DNA of 64,000 nucleotides from Candidatus Poseidoniaceae archaeon. Its GTDB lineage: Archaea; Thermoplasmatota; Poseidoniia; Poseidoniales; Poseidoniaceae. The stretch lies in contig CASIBX010000008.1 of NCBI GenBank assembly GCA_949373075.1, positions 985 to 64,984 of the forward strand, given 5' to 3'. This document shows positions 19,087 through 26,506 of the stretch, piece after piece. How positions within the stretch are numbered: position 1 is the first letter of the stretch; each line of letters starts with the position of its first letter. The position numbers and the translations under genes are program-made. The notes under the pieces were generated by a model. The model saw only the letters and a program-made list of their open reading frames with translations, was not told where the DNA came from and did no database searches.

Positions 19087-19821
19087 ATGGCCTTTTATTC
19101 ACAATTATTACTTGCGAGGTCAGATACCACTATTCAAAAACCCCGTTCATTTAGCATCATCATGGACGGTAGTGTATCAGTGGATGATGCTATTGCCCTC
19201 AATGTTGGCGGCATGACTTGTGAATCATGCGAAACAATAGTTCACGAAGCATTGATTTCTATTGAAGGGGTCAAATCAGCAATCGTGTCTCACGAAGAAT
19301 CTTCTGCAATCGTTTATTCAGATGGAATAACCAGAGACACTTTATCGATTGCAATCAGAGACACAGGATATTCTGTTGATGGTTTGGTGACCGGTTTCAG
19401 TTGGAGTGACATGAGTGTTTGGAAACAATCCGCTCACAACACCAAGTGGTGCCTTATTGGATGCTCAATAGGCGACTTCGGGACTATTGCTGCATTCCAA
19501 TTTATATTCACCGATTCGGGATGGAGCACTATGAATATAATGATCCTAGCAGTTATCAATGGCTTATTGACATCTATAGCACTGGAAACAATCATTTTGG
19601 CCAAACAAATGGGCTTCTCCGAGGGATTGAAAGTTGCAATCGGGATGTCCTTCATTTCTATGGTCGCAATGGAATCATCGATGAATGTCACAGATTATTT
19701 GATGACCGGCGGAGCTATGTTGACATGGTGGGCAGTTCCTATCATGCTATTTGTTGGTTTTATTACTCCTTGGCCATACAATTACTGGAGGCTAAAGAAA
19801 TACGGCAAAGCATGCCATTGA
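19087..19821 (+). CDS. heavy-metal-associated (HMA) domain fused to a DUF4396-like membrane domain
   Basis: GMTCESCETIVHEALISIEGVKSAIV is the classic GMTCxxC ferredoxin-like metal site. It is followed by about 4 TM helices with KWCLIGCSIGDFG. The start may be the internal ATG at 19162. Confidence 0.65.
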   Translation: MAFYSQLLLARSDTTIQKPRSFSIIMDGSVSVDDAIALNVGGMTCESCETIVHEALISIEGVKSAIVSHEESSAIVYSDGITRDTLSIAIRDTGYSVDGLVTGFSWSDMSVWKQSAHNTKWCLIGCSIGDFGTIAAFQFIFTDSGWSTMNIMILAVINGLLTSIALETIILAKQMGFSEGLKVAIGMSFISMVAMESSMNVTDYLMTGGAMLTWWAVPIMLFVGFITPWPYNYWRLKKYGKACH

Positions 19822-19830
19822 GGCGATATT

Positions 19831-20718
19831 ATGGAAACAAAATTACCAAAAGATGAACAAGGCAACCTGATTGTTAGAATAGGTCATTCCCCTGACCCGG
19901 ATGATGCATTTATGTTTCATGCAATGACGACCAACGCCTTCCCTACGCCAGGATATAATTTCGTCCATGAATTACAAGATATTGAAACACTAAACCACAG
20001 GGCAATGCGTAAGGAATTGGAAGTATCTGCTGTAAGTATACACGCATTTCCAGATATCGCCAAGGATTATGCCTTGATGAACTGTGGTGCATCTATGGGT
20101 GAAGGGTATGGTCCAATGATTGTTGCTAAACAAGGAGTCTCGCTAGAAGATGCAAAATCGAGACCAATTGCCATTCCTGGTTTCAAGACAAGTGCATATA
20201 TGGGGATTAGATTATGCTGGGGCGATTTACAATACGAAGTAGTACCTTTTGATGAGATTATCCCGAGAATTCTTGATGGCACATATTCATCTGGCTTGAT
20301 TATTCATGAAGGACAGCTGACATACGTTGATCATGAACTGAACGTTCTAGTCGATTTAGGGGTTTGGTGGAATGATAAAACCGGCGGATTACCTATGCCG
20401 CTTGGTGGGAATGTAGTCAGGCGCGATTTAGGGCAGAAAATAATGGAAGATGTCACACTGTACACGAAGATGAGTATAGAGCATTCAATTAAAAACCCAG
20501 ATATTGCATTAGAGTTTGCAAAGAAATGGGGGCGTGGTATCGATGACGAAACCAATAGAGAGTTCGTTACCATGTACGTTAATGATAGGACTATTGATTA
20601 CAAACCAGAGGGCAGAGAATCGATTAGACTATTTTTGAAAGAAGGCCAGAGAATCGGTTTGATAGATGGGGAGTTCGATGTAGATGGCCTCAAATTTATT
20701 GGCTCCCCTGAAGAATGA
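19831..20718 (+). CDS. mqnD: 1,4-dihydroxy-6-naphthoate synthase MqnD-like (MqnA/MqnD/SBP family)
   Basis: IRIGHSPDPDDAFMFHAM...DIETLNHRAM...SAVSIHAF...CGASMGEGYGPMIVA follows the MqnD consensus. Confidence 0.75.
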   Translation: METKLPKDEQGNLIVRIGHSPDPDDAFMFHAMTTNAFPTPGYNFVHELQDIETLNHRAMRKELEVSAVSIHAFPDIAKDYALMNCGASMGEGYGPMIVAKQGVSLEDAKSRPIAIPGFKTSAYMGIRLCWGDLQYEVVPFDEIIPRILDGTYSSGLIIHEGQLTYVDHELNVLVDLGVWWNDKTGGLPMPLGGNVVRRDLGQKIMEDVTLYTKMSIEHSIKNPDIALEFAKKWGRGIDDETNREFVTMYVNDRTIDYKPEGRESIRLFLKEGQRIGLIDGEFDVDGLKFIGSPEE

Positions 20719-20839
20719 ACTCTAGTTCAAATATTCATGATAGTCGTATTGACTGCTAAGTTTGTATGTTGACGGCTGGGTGCGGGTTTTACGTACACCA
20801 CATTGAAAGACTACAGGCTCCACCCCCCAACTGAGCACT

Positions 20840-21043
20840 ATGCCACACGACCATATCCAACTCGCTCAAACGCCTAATGGTGAACTAGGTCCGCGCTGCA
20901 AAACCTGCGGGGATAGGCTTACTTTCGGAGAAGCGATGATTATCGACCAGAATTATTTCTGCTGGGAACATTATGTTTCTATTACAGGAGCAGACACTGC
21001 AACTGTGGAAATTAAGCGCGAAACACGTTTTTGGAAAGAGTGA
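20840..21043 (+). CDS. small Cys/His-containing hypothetical protein (possible zinc-binding)
   Basis: 67 aa with CKTCGD...CWEH. It sits alone in a 460-nt gap. I recognised no family. Confidence 0.35.
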   Translation: MPHDHIQLAQTPNGELGPRCKTCGDRLTFGEAMIIDQNYFCWEHYVSITGADTATVEIKRETRFWKE

Positions 21044-21180
21044 AGATTCAAGGAGCCCCACCAATCACCTCTGCTTGAGGTGGCATCATTTCAGGTTGGG
21101 CTAGATTCGCACATCGGTTTACTCAGTACTATCGTACAGCCGATTTTTGGACACCACCTCGTCTACGGACAAGAGAATGG

Positions 21181-22278
21181 ATGTTCATCCCATTTGGTGG
21201 CGGAACACCACTTAGACACAAGGCGTTTTCTGACATGAATAGCGTCCGCAATTTCTTGTGCGAGAGGCCTCAGCATTCGTGTTTTTACTCAACTGCATAT
21301 TGGAAAAGGCCTCATGAATTGAAAATGGCAGACAAGGACTGGCTGGGTGCAGATCTTATCTTCGATTTAGATGGGGACCATTTACCAGGAGTTACTGACA
21401 AGGACTTCCCTGGGATGATAAAAGTCATCCAAGAACAGGCATGGTCCCTTTGGAATGATTTTCTAGAGCCCGATTTTGGATTCGACAAGGAATACTTGCA
21501 AGTTACATTTTCAGGCCACAGGGGTTTCCATTTACACTACAGGGACCCATCATATCTCCACCTGGGCTCTGAAGCTCGAAGAGAGTTGGTAAGCCACATT
21601 AGAGGAGAAGGAGTGGAAGTTAGCGACCTATTGGATCGTTCTAGACATCCAGAAGCCACCGGTTGGGCTAAGCGTGTTGGTCATGGAATCGAGTCTGTAG
21701 TCGAAAAATTAGATATGATTCATTCAGGCGATACTGCCACTCTCAGAACATTGACTTCTGCATTAAAAGAAATGATGGATAGAGAAGGAATGAAGGGTTT
21801 GAGGGGTAAATCTAGCGTTGAAAAATTATCAGAACTCATGCAATCTCCCAGCCGTAGAGAGCGTGTGTTGGATGGCAGGATTGCGGCCCTGAATAATCAT
21901 GCAGTGCTGTTTCAAAATCTAATACGTGCAGATACTAGCGTAGTTTTAGGTAATGCGGGAGAAACCGATGAAGTTGTAACTATCGATACACGCAGGCAGA
22001 TAAGATGGCCGGGTTCATTACACGGTAAGACAGGTATGCGTGTAACCGAATTCCCATTAGATCGCCTAGATCCAGATGGTTCGAATCCGTTTAATTGTTT
22101 AAGCGAAGGAATTGCATTGTCTCGACAAGAAAAAGTAAGGGTTGAAATGACGGTTGATGATGCCATCGCACAGTTTGACAATACTGTAATTGATGCCTCT
22201 ATTGGAGACATATTTGAAATCCATGAAGCCGGCGCTACATTCCTAATTTTGAAAGGTTGGGCCCGTTTGTCTAATTAG
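21181..22278 (+). CDS. priS: DNA primase small (catalytic) subunit PriS; the true start probably lies upstream (frame open from 21079)
   Basis: ADLIFDLDGDH catalytic aspartates, FSGHRGFHLHY, and RWPGSLHGKTG. The conserved N-terminal block FTQYYRTADFWTPPRLRTREW lies upstream of the first ATG. Confidence 0.9.
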   Translation: MFIPFGGGTPLRHKAFSDMNSVRNFLCERPQHSCFYSTAYWKRPHELKMADKDWLGADLIFDLDGDHLPGVTDKDFPGMIKVIQEQAWSLWNDFLEPDFGFDKEYLQVTFSGHRGFHLHYRDPSYLHLGSEARRELVSHIRGEGVEVSDLLDRSRHPEATGWAKRVGHGIESVVEKLDMIHSGDTATLRTLTSALKEMMDREGMKGLRGKSSVEKLSELMQSPSRRERVLDGRIAALNNHAVLFQNLIRADTSVVLGNAGETDEVVTIDTRRQIRWPGSLHGKTGMRVTEFPLDRLDPDGSNPFNCLSEGIALSRQEKVRVEMTVDDAIAQFDNTVIDASIGDIFEIHEAGATFLILKGWARLSN

Positions 22279-22297
22279 TGTTGATACCATACGAAGT

Positions 22298-23536
22298 ATG
22301 GTGCTTTCAATGGGAATGTTCAAGGGCAGATTACTGCCCACGAGGGATGAGGTGCATACGATGGGACTGGGCAAGAAGAAAAAGAAAGGCGAAAATTTGC
22401 CACCTCCGCCGGGATTACCATCTATGCCAATGCCGCCACCTCCGGGCATGCCAATGCCTCCAGCACCTGGCCTTCCAATGCCACCTGGGCCGGGAATGCC
22501 ATTGCCACCAATGCCTGCACCACCAATGCCTGCACCGGCAATGCCTGCAATTCCACCAATAGCACCTTCATCACCTACCGCTCCTCCACCAGTTGTAACT
22601 CCTGCATCTAGCCCTACACCTATTGCCGCACCTCCTGTTGTGGCGCCGCTACCTGCAATCGAAGCACTACCACCTAGCGCTCCTCTTACCCCAATTGCTG
22701 TAGAAGAGCCAGAATCTAAATCATATTCTGGATTGTATGCGAAGAAAAGTGGAAAACCCCTCCAACAAGTCTATGGACACATAGAACGATTAAGTCAGGG
22801 TGAGATAGGTAGTCTTCTAGACAGATACTCTGATCGCTTCGGACATGAACTCGATAGAGACATCATCGTTATGCGTAAGGATGAACGTGATGATAAAATC
22901 GCTGAAATACGAGACTCCCCTACAGTTCAGTTACTCAATGAAGAAGTGGAAGAGGAAGGTCACCTTGATGCTGATACCTTGGTTGAATTAAACACTCAAC
23001 TTAAAACGGTAGAAGATGAATTAAGAAGAATCAAGCCAGAATACCAATCAGCCAAAAAAGATGGTGACCGAGAACTACTACGTGAATTGCGTCCTTCTTT
23101 GGAAGCACTAATGTCTGAAAGGAAATTATTGATAGCGGTAATTTCGGGAGAGGCAGAATTGGATGAATTAATTCAAGCAGATTCTGACGAAGACGATGTA
23201 GAGTATGAAGCCGAAGTCGACGAGGAAGAATCTGAAGGCGAAGTTTATGATGAAGATGATGAAGAAGAAGACTACTTCCCCACCTTTGTCTCGATTGTAG
23301 ACAGCTTGTTGGGTGATCTTCCTGGTGACAAAGTTACAGAGTTCACTCAATCCACTGGTTTTGAAGTTTATCGAAACGTAGCATCTTCTCCTGAAGATGC
23401 AGATGATGATGATAGGGCAGAATTCTTCACTATCGTTGATAAATTACTAGGTGGAATGCCAAATGATGCTGTTAGAGAATTTACTCAATCTGAAGATTTC
23501 GAAGTATATCGGATAGTTGGAGCAATATACAGTTAG
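22298..23536 (+). CDS. hypothetical protein: poly-Lys, about 100-aa Pro/Met/Ala-rich tract, coiled-coil, acidic linker, duplicated ~40-aa C-terminal module
   Basis: KKKKKGENLPPPPGLPSMPMPPPPGMPMPPAPGLPMPPGPGMPLPP... Two copies of F.(T/S)IVD.LLG..P.D.V.EFTQS..FEVYR.V. An alternative start is ATG 22361. Confidence 0.6.
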   Translation: MVLSMGMFKGRLLPTRDEVHTMGLGKKKKKGENLPPPPGLPSMPMPPPPGMPMPPAPGLPMPPGPGMPLPPMPAPPMPAPAMPAIPPIAPSSPTAPPPVVTPASSPTPIAAPPVVAPLPAIEALPPSAPLTPIAVEEPESKSYSGLYAKKSGKPLQQVYGHIERLSQGEIGSLLDRYSDRFGHELDRDIIVMRKDERDDKIAEIRDSPTVQLLNEEVEEEGHLDADTLVELNTQLKTVEDELRRIKPEYQSAKKDGDRELLRELRPSLEALMSERKLLIAVISGEAELDELIQADSDEDDVEYEAEVDEEESEGEVYDEDDEEEDYFPTFVSIVDSLLGDLPGDKVTEFTQSTGFEVYRNVASSPEDADDDDRAEFFTIVDKLLGGMPNDAVREFTQSEDFEVYRIVGAIYS

Positions 23537-23546
23537 GGTGAGGAAT

Positions 23547-24410
23547 ATGGGATTACTTGACAAAGTTGACAATCTTGATGATGAAAAAACAGTTAATACT
23601 GTAGCAAAGAAAGCACAACCCAAGAAGGCTGTAGCTAAGAAAGCAGTAGCAAAGAAGGCTGTAGCAAAAGCAGCCAAGCCAGCAAAGGCAGCCAAGCCAG
23701 CAAAGGCGGCCAAGCCAGCAAAAGCACCCAGAGAAAAGCGTATTCGCCCTTCAGGACTACCAGAAGGTTACGAATTAGCAGGTAAGATGCCCAGATACAT
23801 TGGATGGCTAATCAACTTTGCATGGAATTTTGGTTTAGCCATCGGACTGCTCGCAATTATGGCCACAGGATCACCCTCGGATTTGACATTACCAATCGCA
23901 GGGTCTTTGTTAATGATCATAGTAAACTGGATGGTCCTTCCTATATGGACTGGCAGAAACATTGGGGAGTTCGTTTCACGCTCTAAATATATTAACGGAT
24001 CAGGGAATAAACCGATACAGATTCATGCTGTTCTGAATAGTAGTTTAGGGTTCATGGGATTGATTGGTTTTATACTCATGTTCGTATATTTCCAAGATCT
24101 TGGTAAGAGTGGACTGGTTCCATTCATCATAGGTGCATTGATGATTGTCTTTTGGATTGTAAACTTCTTCCTGAAGAAGAACTCAGATTATTCCCAGGGG
24201 ATTTTCGATTTGGCTTTTAATTCATATCTGGTTAACCACGTGGCAACCGGAACTGAAACGGGATGGCTAGCAAGATTTGAATCCCTTGGTGACTTTGGTG
24301 ACAAGTGGCAAAAGAAGCAGGCTGAACGTCAAGAGAAGGCTGTAAAGAAAGCTGAAGAAAAGGCACAGGCTGTAGATGAAACCCCTGATGCCGACATATC
24401 AGAGGATTGA
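23547..24410 (+). CDS. RDD-family-like membrane protein with N-terminal Lys/Ala-rich repeat tail
   Basis: (KKAVA)x3 and (KPAKAA)x3, then RYIGWLINFAW..., 4 hydrophobic helices and GRNIGEFVSRSKYING, which is RDD-like. The ATG at 23547 is preceded by GGTGAGG. Confidence 0.55.
   Translation: MGLLDKVDNLDDEKTVNTVAKKAQPKKAVAKKAVAKKAVAKAAKPAKAAKPAKAAKPAKAPREKRIRPSGLPEGYELAGKMPRYIGWLINFAWNFGLAIGLLAIMATGSPSDLTLPIAGSLLMIIVNWMVLPIWTGRNIGEFVSRSKYINGSGNKPIQIHAVLNSSLGFMGLIGFILMFVYFQDLGKSGLVPFIIGALMIVFWIVNFFLKKNSDYSQGIFDLAFNSYLVNHVATGTETGWLARFESLGDFGDKWQKKQAERQEKAVKKAEEKAQAVDETPDADISED
23673..23726 (+). repeat. 3 x 18-nt in-frame tandem repeat (gccaagccagcaaaggca) encoding AKPAKA
   Basis: Read directly. 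The three units are 23673-23690, 23691-23708 and 23709-23726, with 1-2 mismatches. Confidence 0.9.
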
Positions 24411-24412
24411 AT

Positions 24413-25348
24413 ATGCCTCGCCGACAGGCAGCATGGAGTGGCTATGCCATACTCTCGTTACTATTGATATCGGTAATCTCGATTATTTTCACACCATATG
24501 GTGTCATTTTGTCAATAGCAGCATCGCTGATAATTATTCATCAATTATTACTGAGAGTCATTTTTTCAGGACCTACTAGGAGAAGCCTTCCCTTTTCAGA
24601 CGAAAACTGGGATGTTGTCACAACTAAGAACGGCGAGGTTGATGTTTACGGATTCTTCAATCTACAGGATATGGATTCTGACCTAGTAGTATTTATTCAT
24701 GGTTGGCAATCATCGTCTGAGAAATTCGTTGATAGAATGAATATTTTCCGTTCTAAGGGATTACATACGCTTGCAATAGATATGCGCGGCCACGGAATGG
24801 CACCAAGTACAGATGAATGGACTGCTGGTAAAGTAATTCTTGATGTAAAGTCACTATTAGAATCAATTGATAGAACTAAAGTGAATAAGGTACATTTTTT
24901 CGGTCATAGTCTTGGAGCATTTATTTGCCTCGGTCTGCAAAATGATCGGCACACTGGATGGTGGAAAGATGATTGTTCGACTATAATGCTTGAGTCTCCA
25001 ATGGTTGCATACTCACCAATACTGGAACAGATGGCATCTCGAATATCCTTCATGATGCCACTATTGAAGAGATGGGCCGTTAAGGGATTCAATAGGATAC
25101 ACCCGGAAGTTGGGGGATTAGATTGGAGTGACATCGATATTCCAAAGTGGGGGCTACCTAACGTACCAACTCTGTTACTACAAGCAGCTAATGATTCAAG
25201 ACTTGGTCGAATTCATTACGACTTATTGTTAGAGCAGGATATTGAAATATACCCTCATTTAATAGATACTCTAACTCATTCAAAAAACAAAGTAAATCTA
25301 GAAAGAGATGAACTAATCCGGCAGTGGATTGACGAGAAGATTCTTTGA
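24413..25348 (+). CDS. alpha/beta-fold hydrolase with N-terminal membrane anchor
   Basis: VVFIHGWQSS, the nucleophile elbow FFGHSLGAF, and a late ...ANDSR...H. The N-terminal hydrophobic segments are AILSLLLISVISIIF and VILSIAASLIII. Confidence 0.75.
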   Translation: MPRRQAAWSGYAILSLLLISVISIIFTPYGVILSIAASLIIIHQLLLRVIFSGPTRRSLPFSDENWDVVTTKNGEVDVYGFFNLQDMDSDLVVFIHGWQSSSEKFVDRMNIFRSKGLHTLAIDMRGHGMAPSTDEWTAGKVILDVKSLLESIDRTKVNKVHFFGHSLGAFICLGLQNDRHTGWWKDDCSTIMLESPMVAYSPILEQMASRISFMMPLLKRWAVKGFNRIHPEVGGLDWSDIDIPKWGLPNVPTLLLQAANDSRLGRIHYDLLLEQDIEIYPHLIDTLTHSKNKVNLERDELIRQWIDEKIL

Positions 25349-26419
25349 TCATTCTTCTTCGTTGATTATTGCCTGTTCTCGGGCTAGTTCACGCATATCT
25401 TCGTGCTCATCCAATTCGTCAACGATTTCTTCACCCAAAAGGGTTTCAATTACATCTTCCATTGTGATGATACCGGCAGTACCACCAAATTCATCGAGGA
25501 CAGCCAGGATTTGCACCTTGGACCCTAAGAATCGGTCCAGTGCTAAATCGACGCTATCATCCATGCCGATGGTAAGCAGTGGCTTTTTCAAGTCGAACAG
25601 AATAGTATCCCATTCGTCTCTAGAGGCCGCCATTAGTATGTCGGAGCGTAGTACGAACCCTGAGAGGGAATCAACCGATTCCGCATATACCGGCATTCGA
25701 CCAAACCTGAGTATTTTAGTTTCATCAAGAACTTGTCTTATCGTCCAATCATGGTCGAATGTCAAAGTTACAGTTCTCGGAGTCATTACATCCTTTACCG
25801 GTATCTCCCTCAATGCCAATAGGTTGTGAATTACTGCCTCTTCATCCTCATCGAGTTCACCTTCCTCTTCACTAATATCTGCCAATGCATGTAACTCATC
25901 TCTTGTGACAAGGGCGGTTTCAGCCTTTGGCAGAAGGCGCTTGAACCATAGTAGAGGGACGAAAAACGGAGAAAGCATCTTTGTCATCCCGGATAAGACT
26001 ACACCAGAAGGCCCAGATAGGAAACGCCAATACGCGGAACCTAATGTCTTTGGAATAATTTCAGATAAGAATAATACTGCAAGAGTAAGAATAATCGAAG
26101 CGATGGTTAATTGATCCTCACCCCATATCCTAGACACCTCTGCTCCAACACCAGCGGCACCCATTGTATGCGCAATTGTGTTCAAAGTAAGTATAGCAGT
26201 CAGCGGTTTGACCGAATCATCTTCCTTTAATCTAGCCCAACGAACACCATTCTTATCACCAGATTTATTGATGACGCTAACGTGGGATAAAGACATAGAT
26301 AGAAGCACTGCTTCTAGCATAGAACATAAGAAAGAAACTCCCAAAGCGAGAGAGGCATAAATGATTAGCATTGTGTAGTCTGCCATAGGGTTCGACGAAT
26401 CCTCGGCCAATCGGCCCAT
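25349..26419 (-). CDS. CNNM/CorC-family transporter (DUF21 membrane domain plus CBS pair)
   Basis: 4 TM helices at the N-terminus (LEAVLLSMS..., typical of DUF21), then tandem CBS-like segments (VKDVMTPR...; ...GGTAGIITMEDVIETLLGEEI). Confidence 0.8.
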   Translation of the reverse strand: MGRLAEDSSNPMADYTMLIIYASLALGVSFLCSMLEAVLLSMSLSHVSVINKSGDKNGVRWARLKEDDSVKPLTAILTLNTIAHTMGAAGVGAEVSRIWGEDQLTIASIILTLAVLFLSEIIPKTLGSAYWRFLSGPSGVVLSGMTKMLSPFFVPLLWFKRLLPKAETALVTRDELHALADISEEEGELDEDEEAVIHNLLALREIPVKDVMTPRTVTLTFDHDWTIRQVLDETKILRFGRMPVYAESVDSLSGFVLRSDILMAASRDEWDTILFDLKKPLLTIGMDDSVDLALDRFLGSKVQILAVLDEFGGTAGIITMEDVIETLLGEEIVDELDEHEDMRELAREQAIINEEE

Positions 26420-26506
26420 TTGAGGTGGCGAGTTCCATGTTCTTGAGGGTTACCAAAGTAATTTCATACATAGTACTCATGTAGTTCCGACTTTACGACG
26501 GGCTAG

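Noticed and set aside
19419-19856. 145-aa plus-strand ORF overlapping the HMA-DUF4396 gene and the mqnD start.
   Set aside because: It is out of frame with a gene that shows a clear GMTCxxC domain and TM helices, and its translation lacks motifs.
22278-22562. Alternative-frame 94-aa Cys/His/Gln-rich ORF overlapping the start of the proline-rich gene.
   Set aside because: It is the +1 reading of the CCN-rich proline tract. Its composition is dictated by the repeat, it has no start context, and the proline-frame ORF continues for 412 codons.
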